Notes: generated from the sequence alone by a model not told the origin. A stretch of 62,815 bases of DNA, filler included, from Pirum gemmata (GCA_002812295.1; 17 parts of 17 records of this genome joined end to end with filler, not necessarily neighbours in it); one strand, 5' to 3'; counted from the first letter of the whole stretch, positions 36,555 through 51,360 are shown. Numbers and translations are program-made.

Positions 36555-39500
36555 GCAGACCCTCTCTAGCTAGCTAGCTAGTAGAGCTAGTCTAGCCTAG
36601 TCTAGCTAGCTAGACTCTCTAGCTAGCTAGCTAGTAGAGCAACTCGTAGAGCAACTGAGTAGAACTGAGTAGAGATAGCTAGCTAGCTAGCTAGAGCAAG
36701 ACTACTACTACTACTAGCTAGTAGCTAGTAGCTAGGGAGCAGCTGGCTTTTTAACAATCAAGCCGGATAAAACTGTAGAAAACTTTTTTTTTTTACTTTT
36801 TTTCTAAAACCTTAATTCTAACTAGCCAAATTATTTTTAAAAATTAGCCATTGGTTCATAATAAAGTTTTACTAATCAAACGATTCCTCAAATTTTGGTA
36901 GTACTTTTATTAAAATTGGAGTATTTTGAGAATTTTGGATTTCATTTTTAATAATAGACAGATAATAGACTATGGTAGTAGTACTAGGGTAGTGTAGATG
37001 GTAGTTAGTAGTCAAAAATAATATGACTCAAAATTTCAAAAATGACTCAAAATGACTCAAAAACGGGCTCCCGATGTCCCGAGTGCCCCCCCGTCTCTCA
37101 GGAGTCTCGGCCTCTCCGGGCCAAAAAAACAGCCAATTTTTATTTCTTTATATGAGCTGTACGATTCGTTTATATAGCTAGTCGTTTATCTATTAGTAGT
37201 AGCTAGTCGTTTATCCCGATTATCATAATAATATGTCTTAGAATATATCCATATATACCCATAATGCGACTATATAAGGTGGGAACTTTCAAGGGGTGAA
37301 AAGCTTGGGTGAAAACTGGGTGCTCGGTTGGACTGTGCTAGCTAGCTAGTAGGGGTGAGATATCTACTGGAACTTTTTTCGAACAGATGCTTATCGAGCC
37401 AACCTTAGTTCTCATAATTATCATAATATCAATTATATCATATCTGATAGATGATATTATGATATTTTTAAAATTAATAAATTGATGTACAGCTAACTAC
37501 TAGCTATAGTGCTTTTCAGTTGTTTTGTCGTCATAAAATAAATAATAAATAGTACCAAATTAATACAATATAAATCCATTTAATTTAATTTGGTATATTT
37601 TATCATATATGTATTGATGTAAAAGTGTCAATTTAAATATTATAACCCTCCAAATAAATATTCAGAGTGATAAAATAAAATGAAAAGCACGATAGAGTCT
37701 GGCAGTTCTGCTGTTCCCACTTTTTGTCTGTTATTCTATGTATTTACAAATAATATATAAATATCACATTTATTTGAGAACTTTATTTATATAAATAATA
37801 AATAATAATTCTGTTATTTATAAATAAATGAAAGCTAGGTCATAGTAATAATTATTATTATGATACCAGTAACCAGCATCACCTGCAGAGTGTCATGTCA
37901 TACCACACAAACTTGGTGGAACAAAATTTAAAAAAAGATATGATAAAATATATATCAAAAAATATATTCGACACCAAAAATCTTCCAAAAATCATGCTAT
38001 GAGTTGATTAATTTTTTCAAGTAAAAAAGCGTTATTATAATCACACATTCTAATTACACACTACCAAATAGACTGTGTAACTATTTATATATCTAAAATG
38101 AAGAAAATGGGGTATAGAACTGGTATAGATGGGCTTTTAACCACTCCAGATTTATATTTACATTTTAAAAAATAATTCTGATGGTTGAACAGAAAATCAC
38201 TATAGTGCAGATAGACTTGAATTTGACGTCACAGCTACCAATTAATTTTTTTCGTCACTACGGGATGTAATAACTCGATCTCGGAAAAAATGTTTTTTTT
38301 TTAAAATTTCATAATAATAAATAGGAAAAAAAAAANNNNNNNNNNNNNNNNNNNNNNNNNNNNNNNNNNNNNNNNNNNNTTAATTAATTAANNNNNNNNN
38401 NNNNNNNNNNNNNNNNNNNNNNNNNNNNNNNNNNNAATAATAATACCACAAGGCACAAACCCATCAGTTACAAAGCATCTCACTCCCAAAGCATCTAATA
38501 AAATTAATGTAAAATTGGCCTAGTAAAATTGGCATAATGCTAACTACTTTAATATTTGTGTAAAAATCAATGTTTATTCAAATTTATAATAATAAATTGA
38601 ACCCAACTATACTACGCTGATTAATTAATTAAGCCAACTAAATTAAACAATGATTGCATAACCAAACAGGAGTGTAATAATAATACCATGAGGAACAAAA
38701 CCCTCATGATCAATTACAAAGCATCTTCCAAATTAAAGCATCTAATAAAATTACTGTAAAATTGGCCTAGTAAAATTGGCACCGCTGTCAACTTACAACA
38801 ACACTTGTAATAAAGAGGCTAGGCCCTAGGCCGCTAGGGTTAGAAGTAATAGCTGTTGTAAATTGTTGTTTCTATTTGTTTATCGATATATTAGTAGACT
38901 AGATTATAATTTAATATGCATTACTATTTTTTAAAAATATAAAACACAAAAAAAACAAAAAACCAAAACCAAAACCAAAACCAAAACCAAAACTCTAAAC
39001 AAAACTGTAAGAAAAATCGAAGGGGTCAGTTATTTTATAAAAAAAAATTAATATAAGTAAAAAGATAAAATCGAAATTGTAAAAATAACAATAATAAATA
39101 AAAAAATAAATAATAATTATAAAAAAACTAAAAAAAATGTATAGGTATTAATATTATGATAATTATATAATAAACCAAAAATCAAAGTTTAACAAAACGT
39201 GAACAACAACAACAACAATAATAATAACAACAATAATGATAATATAATAGTAATAATAATAGCAATAGCAATAATAATAATAACAACAACAGCAGCAGCA
39301 GCAGCAGCAGTAGAAACAACAACAATTATAGTAATTATAATATCATAACAACAAAATAACATAAACTCTTCAAAAAATTATAATAAAAAAAGTTATTGAT
39401 ACTGTCGGAATAGAAAATAATACCTAACACATTACTAATAATTAATAACTTATAATTAATTATATATATAAAAAAACTCCTTATTATAATAAAATTATAT

Positions 39501-39617
39501 AATATATATAATTGTATACATATAATTATTATATAATTATAAAATATTTTCTTATATATAATATATATATATTACCATCAAAGTACACTGCTTGGGAATT
39601 CCGAATTTGTAAGCAAA

Positions 39618-39852
39618 ATGTATCAATTTTACAACTTCAATTCAGTATGTATAACAACGTTGGCCTGCTTGATTTTTATACGCTTCTTTAATCGATTAAA
39701 GATCTTTAGTGTCGATCTAGCAAAGGACAGACGTTGCTGCTGGGCTTTTGTAAATTTCATTTTACAAGCAATGCTGGTCATTATTGGTGTACCAGGTTAT
39801 TATTTACTATATTAATCATTATTATTATTATACTGTTTGCTGTAATTTTTAA

Positions 39853-39885
<33 letters not shown>

Positions 39886-40873
39886 ATCAGTTCACTTATT
39901 ATATAATTATACACTTTATGCGATAAAAAGTGATAAATGTGCGAATTCTGGACTTTAGTTTTTATCGCATAAAGTGTCTATAGATATATATACAACCATT
40001 TTTTTGCTATATATATGGAACCAGATGTGGGTCTTTCGGTCCTTGACCATATAATTATATCCATTATTATATATCATTATTACTAAATTTTATTTTATTT
40101 ATTTTTATTGTTTTCAATAATGTTTACATTATTCTTAATTAAAATACTATTAAATATTATATTAATTTAAGTCTGTTGAATTAACCCATATTATCTTTTA
40201 TCGATTTATTATTATCAATCTTTTAGGTTGGTTATCATACAACTGCTACATCACTGAACCCATCGCTACCCCAGCCATGCTCACCACTAAGCATCCAAAT
40301 TATGACGTGACATGTTTTTTAATAAGTGTCATTGAAGGCATAAATTTATTTGAAGACGATTTTACCTTTTCACTGATGATACATCATACTTGCACGATGA
40401 TCGGCTTTATGGCAATCTCGATTATTGGAAGCGTTTATGCTCCTTATTTCGCTGGAGTTATGTTTGTATCAACTGTTTTACAAGATGTGCGAGCTCTTGT
40501 TAAAAATGCTGACCGTTACTTTACTTCACCAAAGTATGAACAAATCTTATTTACTATGTTTCAGTACTGTTACTTATTATTTCGTTGTGTGTTTTTCGTA
40601 CCTGCCATTATAAGATGGGCAAACAATATATTTGTTTGGGTGGTAGATGCAAATTATCCAAAAAGTAATGTTGAAATTTTAGCTGCTATTGGGGGTAGTT
40701 TATGTTTACTGGTTATCACCAGTTTGAACTTTTGGTGGGGGTTTAAAATATTAAAACAAATTCTGTACCCTAAGCTGAAGTATAACAAGATCAATGCTGC
40801 TGATATCCCAACTTTAAAAGCTGAAATTAAAGAAAGAAGAGGGGAAAATAATTTCAGAGCTTCTAAAGGATGA
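39618..40873 (+). CDS. TLC (TRAM/LAG1/CLN8) domain membrane protein, exons 39618-39795 and 40227-40873
   Basis: Phase-1 join in frame; MIHHTC, STVLQDVR, YLLFRC, LNFWWGFKI motifs with several TM helices. Confidence 0.82.
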
Positions 40874-43800
40874 TAATGACGATGATGATGATGGTGAAAA
40901 AGATAAAAGTAGAGGTGATGAAATTGTTGATAGCCATGACTTTAGAGATGATAATATAGAAAATATTAATGGAACTAATACTGTTAACGTTCTTAGTGGT
41001 GATAATGATGATGATGGTGAAAAAGAAAATATCAGAGGCAAAACTGATGTTATTGACAGTGATGACATTGAAGATAATAATATAGAAAATGTAATGAAAA
41101 ATTTAATCGTAATTAAGGGCCAGTAAGAGGAGAAATTAATTTCATCGTCAATGGAGTTATTTTCTTAGCCTTAGAATACGATCCAGTTAACAACAAAAAA
41201 ATAGATTTGAATTCTAATAATCAATATGATCACGGCTTTTTAAAATACTGCTTTTAAAATTGAAACTGTCAGTAAAGTTCACAATGACATTAGCTATCAT
41301 CTGACTAGTACTACTACAGCATTGGATTTTATAAAGCTGTACGTACGCACATTTATTTATCTTTATTTCAACTACAAAACGATCTTATAAAATTGGGAGT
41401 TCGTTAATGAAAAACAAAACAAAACAAAACAAAACAAAACAAAATACAAACCATGAAAAAAAAAACCGTGATAGTTAGTAGTTGGTAGTTGGTATTGTTA
41501 ATAATACCCTATTGTAAGTCAATAAAATTAAAAAATATTTTATTCCATTATGATAATATGATAATATGATTCACATAATCATGTATTACAGGCTTTGAAG
41601 TATTCGAAAACGTATATATATATATATATTACTATTTAAGAATGCAAATAATCAATTTAACGTCTATATATATATAATACGGAATATTTCACATCTGGAT
41701 CCATTAATGTGTGTACATACATATTTTGATTTACTAAAATTAAATTTCAAGTGTGCAGAACCAATATAAATCGCTCGAGAGAACATATCCACATACTCTC
41801 ATATTGCCGTCTTATTCGATATCGATGTGGGATGGGGAGGGGAGGGGTCTGATCAGAGGGAAGGGGCGTAAATTAATAATGGAAGTAATATAAGATTATC
41901 GAAATTACAAATATACATGAAAGATAATNNNNNNNNNNNNNNNNNNNNNNNNNNNNNNNNNNNNNNNNNNNNTTAATTAATTAANNNNNNNNNNNNNNNN
42001 NNNNNNNNNNNNNNNNNNNNNNNNNNNNACAACATTTACTTTGTGCCTCGGTCAAAAAAGTTCGCCATAAGAGTTCTCACCCCTCCTCTAGTAGTAGTAT
42101 AACTCTGCAAGAGCCTGCATAACTTCATTTATATAAGTCACCAACTTCGTAATATTTATGACGCCATTATATTACGTCATTTGATTACGACATATTTATA
42201 TAATTTCTATATGGTTATTACATATTTGGTAACCTTATTACCATATTAGGCAATAACAAATATAATATAATAATAATACTTGAACAATAATACTTTTATA
42301 ATATAATTATATCAATATCAGATATCAATATTATAGAGTAGTCCAGTGAGCTAGCTAGATATAATATTATATTTTTATATATGAAAAGTTCCGAAAAAAC
42401 CCACATCTGGTCCCCATATAAAATGATAGAAAAGCTTATTATAAATATAACATAGACCCCTCTAGCTAGACTATAATAATATTATGTATACATCATTATG
42501 ATGTATGATATAATTGAAGCTATAATTGACTATTATATTATGTTATATTTATAATAAGCTTTTCTATCATAGTACGTAACTATCCTTCTTTTCATTTATT
42601 TTATCACTTAAAATTTTTAAGATTATTTATTTGGCACTTTTAAGTTTATAAACGTGGTTATTTTAAAGAGAAATATAAATTATTAAATACGCCAAGTTAA
42701 TTAAATTGTATCAAATAAATTTGATATAGTATTAACTTGGTATTTATTACTGCGTGTTCTATTATGACAAAATAACTGAAAAGCACGATAATAATTATAA
42801 AATAATATGATAATAGACTGAATGATAGTAGTAGTAAGCTTTTCTGTATAATAAGCTCTTTTTTTTTTGAGGGGGTTTTTTTTTTGCTATGATAGTAGTA
42901 AGAATCAAGGCAATCAGCAAGTTCAGTAACCGTGGTATGGTAGAGTTTATATGTATTGATATAGAGACAGATAAACAGACTAGCTAGCTATCTGATACAT
43001 AGACCTCTCCACACGGTCCACACCATTTACAACAGCATTTACAACAGTGCTACAACCATCGATATTTTACAAGTAGACTATGGTAGAGTCTTATGTATTG
43101 ATATAGACTTTTAATTAATGTATTGATAGAGTCAGATAAACAGACTAGCCGAAGTTTATCGATACATTATTAGACCTAAGACCTCTCGAGTCAACAGCAT
43201 TTACAAATTATGATACAACAGTCTGGCTACAACTTACAAGTTCTAACAATACAAGATGAACAATTTGTTGCTTCTGCAGCTTCTCACTGTTCCAAGACTC
43301 TCAGGTATTGGTCACAAGAAGGGTGCTGACTATCTTATCCTAAATTGGCAATCACAAAAATTCAGAGTGGCTCAACTGTGGCTCAAAAATCCTCAAAAAT
43401 CCCTCAAAAATCCATAACCAGACCAGATAGTGTCAGATTATCAGATAGATAGTCTACTACTGCCCACTGCCCAGTGCGGCAGTGCCCTGTGCCCACCCTG
43501 TGTGACTGTGCCCGCCTTAGTATCATACAGATTCATACTAGCTAGCTAGTAAAACAACAAAACAACAAAACAACAAAACAATCCCCCCCACACAGCTAAG
43601 CTAGAGATATCATAGATAGATGGGTAGATAGACAATCATACAATCACAGACTCTAACTAACTAACTAGATCATAGACTACTAGAGCTATCGATAGCTAGT
43701 CTACTAGTAATACTTATGATTGTATAATGATGGTACGTATAGAATCAGATAAGTAATACATCGATTCCTAGCTACTAGTACAGAGTCCACACCAATAATC

Positions 43801-44186
43801 AGTTCCAGTATCCAACCCAATGTCTACACCAAAAGTCCAAAGAGGATATATCATAATATTATGTGCACTGTAATAGAATGCACGTGGAGTGTTTATTATC
43901 AGATTAACATTATCATGATCATATAAGTTGTTATACAAAAGCTGGTGTGAACAACAAGCAAAATGAACCTCGGGGATTGTTTCTAAAAGCAGGGTTGTAA
44001 CAATACATAAAATGTATACGCATTGTCAACAAATGTGTTTTTACATGATATTATTACGATAATATTATATTACTCTGTCAATTTATAATTAATATTCATT
44101 GTATCATAATGCATGCGTATCTAGGGCTAAAGCACTGCTACTAACTAGTAGTATAGTCTTGCATTACCGATATAGTTGTTCTCTCC

Positions 44187-44325
44187 ATCTTTAATTTGGT
44201 ACTGTTTAAGTGTGAAATTGAACTTTTTTATAAAATAAAACATTAAGTATAAAATACCAAATTGATTAAAACATGTCTGATAGTTTAACCATAACAATAA
44301 TTTGGCATTTTTATTTCAGGTTTTG
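44187..44325. repeat. Dispersed repeat family H (atctttaatttggtactgtttaag...aaaataccaaatt)
   Basis: Reverse copies at ~8205-8357 and ~52060-52160; interrupted copy at 34108-34388. Confidence 0.7.
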
Positions 44326-44401
44326 AACTGGACATTGATATCAACCAAAAACAACCCCTGTGAAAAAATCCAAAAAAAGAGATTAACGTATTGATGCTAG
44401 C

Positions 44402-44614
44402 AGTAGGGGTGAGATGACGTCATTTTATTATTACCGAACAGCTGTCGGAACTTTTCCGTTTAATGTTAATATTATTGCTTTAATTGGTATCTACTATAAT
44501 TATATTTACTATTTTAAGCTATTTAACTGCTATTATTAGTAAGGAACACGGAACTAAGGTTGGCTCGATAAGCATCTGTTCGAAAAAAGTTCCAGTAGAT
44601 ATCTCACCCCTACT
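44402..44614. mobile_element. MITE family B copy (reverse orientation)
   Basis: Perfect 14-bp TIR AGTAGGGGTGAGAT / ATCTCACCCCTACT; TSD not recognisable. Confidence 0.88.
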
Positions 44615-47077
44615 GATAGTACTATGATATGATAACTATGATAGTCTAGCTAGCTAGCTAGAGCTAGACAGTATTACTACAGTATTACTACAGTATTCAG
44701 AGATTCAGAGTGACAAAATATTATGAAAAGCATAAATTCCTGCTGGAGCTAGACAGTAGCTAGACTACTAGAACTACTACTAGCTAGACTATCATCTGAC
44801 TATGAGAGACTATGAGAGTACTATCTGAGAGTACTATGAGTATTATCTAGCTAGAGAGTGGTGATTATTATAACGAAACAGTACAAAACAAACTACAAAA
44901 CGTTATTTAATTTTTTTTGTTTGTGGTTGAATAAAGTATAATCAAGGGAGGAGTTTCAAGAAACTCCTTGATATTATAATACTTACTATTCTTAAAAAAA
45001 TATTTAATAATTATCATAAATTCATTTATTTATTGATACGTACAAAAAAAAACGATTATTACTCTTGTATTAATAATAATAATAATAATGTATAATAATA
45101 ATAATAATATTTATTACTCACAATATAAATATTTTAATATATATATATGATATAATAATCAAAAAAAGGATATAATAATAATTGATTAGACTTTGCCCTT
45201 GTAAAACAAGCACATCCCATGTAGTGAAAGTATATGACTGTCAGTGTCTATCAGTAATAATAGTCTATATTATCTGAAAAGGTGTTTTATAGGAAATTTA
45301 AATCAGTTAATATAGGAGTATAATTGTTATCAAGTATATATACGATATCGATATATATTTGGGATTGTAATTCTTCAATTAATTTTGTTGAAAGTAAATA
45401 TTCATGTATTGTTTTTTTTTAATAAATTGTAATAATAAATAATATAATATTATATTAATAAATAATNNNNNNNNNNNNNNNNNNNNNNNNNNNNNNNNNN
45501 NNNNNNNNNNTTAATTAATTAANNNNNNNNNNNNNNNNNNNNNNNNNNNNNNNNNNNNNNNNNNNNTCACTTTTTTTTCATTCAAACCAGTCACCAATTT
45601 GGAAAGATTTTCCATTTCTTTTTAATTTTATTGGATATTGTATTAAGAACTTCAAATTTTCAAACTTATTATTGGTCAGGGAATTTGGTTTATCATATGA
45701 TATCCAATATTATCCATCCTCTAAAAATAGGCTAAAAATGCACTAGTAAAAATGCAACAATAATAAAATGCAACTGAAAATGCAACGAAAATCAAGCGAA
45801 AATTAAGCGAAAATCAAAATTCAGACGAAAAGCACAGGACGAAAGCACAGCGAAATCCCTAATAGACCGACTAGCTAGCTAGCTCTAGTAGAGTAGAAGC
45901 CGTAGAAACAGTCCTAACTATCATGATGAACAATCCATATAAAGATGTCGGATGATGAAAACACTAAGAAGCTAACACTACCTAAGTTGTAGGTTTGTGT
46001 CAATATAGTTATAAAAAATGTAACAGTATTATAAAATTATAAAAAATATAAAAATTTAAAAAATTTAAAAGTTTGAAGAGGATTTTATTCAATTTTTTTT
46101 TAAGAGCAGAGCTCCTTTTATACCCATCAGCTCCCGGTCAGTCAGCTGTGGGATTGTTTTTATAAAAATTTATAAAAATATAAATTTTCCAAAATTATTG
46201 TTATTTTACTACCTACATCAGACACTAGAGTGACACTAGCTAGCTAGTCTAACCCTACCCGACCCTACCTAACCCCTCACCTCACCTCACCCTCACCCTC
46301 ACCCTGACCCCTCACCCTAACCCCCTAACCCTGACCCCTCACCCTAACCCTGACCCCTCACCCTAACCCTGACCCCTAACCCTCACCCTGACCTAACCCT
46401 AACCTTATAATTATGATGATCCTGACTCATTTGTGTATGCTTTTAATTAAAAATAAAGTATCGATAGTATACGATCGTTAGTTGATGGTGTTATTTTTGA
46501 CATCATTTTGTATTTTGTACCCAACTAAGGGTTAGGGTTAGGGTTAGACATACAATGATATCCACATATTTTTGTTTACACTGACAAAAAAATGTTGGAG
46601 TTTAATTTTAAGGTGAAAGAAAACAAAAACAAAAACAAAAATTAAATAAATAAGTCAAGCAAAATAAATAAACATAAAACTCCTCTAATCAATCAATCAC
46701 ATTACGGTAGACATATTATGGTAGAAGGTTAACCAACTAAGCTGAATCTTAATAATAACATGGACAATACTTGTTACTTTACACATGGTAACTTTTTTAA
46801 AGGTATTTATGGAAAGTAAAAATAAAAATTCGAAATAGATATATATTAACTTAAATTTATCATTTTTTATTATTTTACTATTTTGATTGCCACGGAATGG
46901 AAGAGGTTATCAGTGCAAAACCTAAAATCTATAACCACTATGATTAACTTATTACTTTATGTTATCATTAAAATAATATAGCAATTTATAAAAACAAAAA
47001 CAAACATAATAAGAATAATAAGAACAATAAGAATAATAATAATAATATAGTAACAATAGTAATGACAAATTAACTTT

Positions 47078-48315
47078 TTATAATTCATCTTTTTCAGAAG
47101 CAGCATCATCAGCAGCATCAGCATCATCAGCATCATCAGCATCATCAGCATCATCAGCATCATCAGCATCTTCTTCTTCTTCTACATCATCTTCAAACTC
47201 GGGCTCCTCTTCGATTGGTTCCTCGATATCAATGTCGTAAGTACGACGTACCATTCTTTCGACAAGGCCTGAAAAGTCAGCGGGTTTTTCCAAATCATAA
47301 CCAGATCTTACACGGGCAACATTATATAATACTCTAGCCAAATCTACAGATTCTGGGTCTGCATCAAGAATGTCTGCATCTTTAGCACCCTCGGTAACAT
47401 GTTCTTGAACATTTTCCAACAATTTTTTCACTACTGGATGACGAGCATTGATTTCTAATTTGACTTTCTGGTTCATGTACATACTCGCCATGCCTATTTT
47501 GTTGTTTGTTATTATTTCAAATGTTAATTAAATTATGATATAACTTTTTTTTTGAAATATCTATTATTCTCTCTTTTTTGTTGTTGTTGTTTTTTCTTTC
47601 GTCTATTTTTGCTTTTGTTTCATATATTATTATAAATATATTCGAAGGGTAAAGGGTTAAGGATTAAGGGTTAAGGGATCGACCCAGTGATCTTTTGTTG
47701 TATCATCATTATCAATCATCAATCATCAATCATCAATCAATCATCATCAATCATCAATCATCAACAACATCATCAATCAACAACATCATCAATCATCATC
47801 AATCATCATCAATCATGATCATCATCATCAACCATCATCACCATCTTCACCATCATCAATCATCATCAATCATCATCAATCATCATCATCAATCATCATC
47901 ATCAATCATCATTATCAATCATCACCATCAATCATCATTATCAATCATCATCATCAATCATCATTATCAATCATCATCATCATCATCACGATTACCATCC
48001 TCATCACCCATCTTCCCCTATATAAGAAATTTGATGGATTAGGGGAACAGAAAAAGAACATACAAACAAAAATATAAATATGAAAAATACCTTTTGTTGC
48101 AGCTTGACTCTTTAAAATACGTTGCATTGAACCGGACATACCATAATCTTTCGCAAGAACAGCAAAAGGGGAATCAGCGAGACGGGTAGAAACGGAGCAA
48201 GAGTCAATGTTATCTTTAAGGGCAATTTTCAAGAATTTAGTTAAAGGCTTGAACTCTTCTTCTAAATTATCGATGTACTCTTTTCTCTTGGTGGAATCTT
48301 TACCGACTTTGGTAC
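47078..48315 (-). CDS. HSP90B1: Endoplasmin/GRP94 (ER Hsp90), last two exons (48315-48091, 47493-47078)
   Basis: EEEFKPLTKFLK, VSTRLADSP, SGSMQRILKSQA, KLEINARHPVVKKLL, acidic tail and terminal KDEL; phase-1 GT-AG join. Confidence 0.95.
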
Positions 48316-49133
48316 CTAATTTATGAGATTAAAAAAAAAAAACATACAACGTATAGTCACGTTAGAAAATATAGACGAGGGTTTTTGTTACTAACACTAA
48401 TTTTACTACTAATAACTACTAATAAATACTAATATTAGTAATAGTAATACCAATACCAATACTAATACTAATACCAATACCAATACCAATACCAACTCTG
48501 GTATCAACACTAACATTAAGATGAGTATTAGTATAAAAAACATACAAGAAGTCACGTTAGAAAATATAGACAAAGGTGTTTGTTACGCTGACTAAAAACT
48601 AATACCGATTTTACTACTAATAACTACTAGTAGCAACACCAATACCAATACCAATATCAATACCAATACCAATATCAATATCAATACCAACTCTGGTATC
48701 AACACTAACATTAAGATGAGTATGAGTATAAATACAATATAAATACTAATATAAACTAATATAAATATTATACTACTACTACTACTACTACTACTAGTCT
48801 ACTCTACTACTACTACTGCTGCTAGTCTACTACTACGCTTACTGCTACTACCACTACCACTGCTACTACTGCTACTACTGCTACCACTACCACTACCACT
48901 ACCACTACTACTACTACTACTACTACCACTACCACCACCACCACCACCACTACCACTACTACTACCACTACTACTACTACTACTACTACCACCACTACCA
49001 CTACCACTACCACCACCACCACCACCACCACCANNNNNNNNNNNNNNNNNNNNNNNNNNNNNNNNNNNNNNNNNNNNTTAATTAATTAANNNNNNNNNNN
49101 NNNNNNNNNNNNNNNNNNNNNNNNNNNNNNNNN

Positions 49134-49305
49134 TGAATTAGTAAGGATTTAGTTAATTTACATACTTGTTTTGTTAAGCTAAGTAATGATTATATTAGAA
49201 GTATTTGAAGTATTAGAAATAAGTTTTTGTATAACCCTTTAGTTTCAGTTAATTCTGGAATTATTGGTGGGGGTGAATCTGTAATAGATTTGAGATTCAG
49301 TTAAT
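49134..49305 (+). pseudogene. Probable non-LTR retrotransposon ORF2 C-terminal fragment
   Basis: FVKLSNDYIRSI*SIRNKFLYNPLVSVNSGII; a related copy at ~56705-56772 (minus) has TGG at the stop position, giving IWS..RN, like the L1/Tx1 'IW..RN..+F' motif. Confidence 0.4.
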
Positions 49306-49990
49306 GGGATTATTATTATTATTATTATTATTATTGTTATTATTATTAATTTTTATCTATTATTAATTAAATGGCTTATATCTCCATTGCTATTATATCT
49401 TTTAATTAAGATGATTATTAAGACAGCTATATAACAATATTTATACTTATCATCATCTTCATAGCAATAACATAATATGTTTAATTTATAAATTATTACT
49501 ACATCAATATTTTTGTTATTATATAATTAATGTATATTATTATTATTTAAAAAGTAAATAGGATTTTTTTGGTATTGTTACACACCAACATTGGTATTTT
49601 AATAATAATAATTATTTATTTATTTTTAAAAAAGCACCAGAACTTTCTTTAAATTTTACAAGGGTTAGAGTTAGGGTTAGGTACCAATTATTATTACATA
49701 ATTACATGTCAATATTATTATTGTTATTATATATTATTTATTAAAGAAATTAACATTTTTAATAATATTAGTACTAGTATTAATATTAATATTATCGTTA
49801 TTATTTTAATTAATTAAAAAGCAACAAAATTCTCTACCAATGCTATTTAAATTGTAGGGCATAAACACACGATCAAAGACTTAGTTTATCGTGCTTTTCA
49901 GTTCTTTTGTCATCATAAAATACATTATACAATAAACAGTACCAAATTAATACAATATAAATCCATTTCATTTAATTTGGTATATTTTAT

Positions 49991-50210
49991 TATTTATTTA
50001 TTGAGTTAGGAAATGAAAATAAATCAAAATTTTGTAAAAATAATAATGTTTTGACTGAAAAAGAAAATCATAATTACAATACTATTGTTTGTAAGTTTGG
50101 AATGACAGGGGGTTTAAAAAAAAGAATACAAAGTCATTATCGAAAATATGAAATGCAAAATAAAGAAATAAATTTTTTAAACATTATTTATTTTTTAGAA
50201 CGTCAAGGTA
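49991..50210 (+). pseudogene. GIY-YIG/T5orf172-like fragment of possible giant-virus origin
   Basis: YLFIELG...TIVCKFGMTGGLKKRIQSHYRKY resembles 'Y++.+G...K+G.T..L..R...H...Y'; 5' side fused to a truncated MITE A. Confidence 0.4.
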
Positions 50211-51360
50211 ATATAATTAATTTTTTAATTATTATGATAATAAAAAAAAATATTTTTTAATATTATCTTTCTTTTTATTTTTTATTTTTTCAGATATGTT
50301 TTAATTAATTAGGTATTTTATACTTAATGATGTATAGTGCTTTTCAGTTATTTTGTCACAATAAAATATGCAATAAAGAGTGCCAAATTAATACAATATA
50401 AATCCATTTTATTTAATTGGGTATATTTTATTATCTACATATTTATTTAAAAGTATCAATTTAAATATTATAAACAACCAAATAAATATTTAAAGTGATA
50501 AAATAAATGAAAAGGACGATATTTTATATGCAAGACCACTATAGCGCTTTTCATTTTTTTTGTCATTCCGAATGTTTGTTTGGTTGGTTTTAATTTTTTA
50601 ACTGGCATATTGTTAGATGAATAAATGAATAATAAAATATACCAAATTAAATAAAATGGATTTATATTATATTAATTTGGTAGTCTATAATACTTTTATA
50701 TAAAGTTCTACCAATCTACCCTAGCTAGAAATAGTCTAGTCTAGAAATCTACCAAAATTTAATGTGCTTTTCAGTTGTTTTGTTATCATAAAATATACAA
50801 TAAAGAGTACCAAATTAATATAATTTAATCCATTTAATTTAATTTGGTGTATTTTATTATCTATTTATTAATTTAAAAGTTTCAATTTAAAGATTATAAC
50901 CTACCAAATAAATATTCAGAGTGGCAAAATAAATATATATCATATCGATAATGATGCTACGATAAACTAGGTAGATGATAAAGGGTTAGGGTTAGAGGGT
51001 TAGGGTTTTAGGGTTAGGGTTAGGGTTAAGGTTAGGGTTAAATTCAATATATAAGGTGCCAATGACGTATTAATAATTATAATAAATAATTTTTTTTTTG
51101 GAAAGTCTGTCCCTCTCTTGAGTCTTAACTTTTTTGACATTTTAGGGTGATAAGAATTGGCAAAGTAACACAAATAGTAAGACAAATAATACCATCCTTA
51201 TTATTATTATTATTATTATTTTTTAATTATTTTTAATTTTTAACTTTTTTTATTTTTATTTTTTTTATATATATATAAATTTAATTAATTGTTAAAAAAA
51301 GAGCGTTATTAGCAAAGAGGCATTAGACTAATTAAAATTAACTAGTAACTCGATGTTTAT

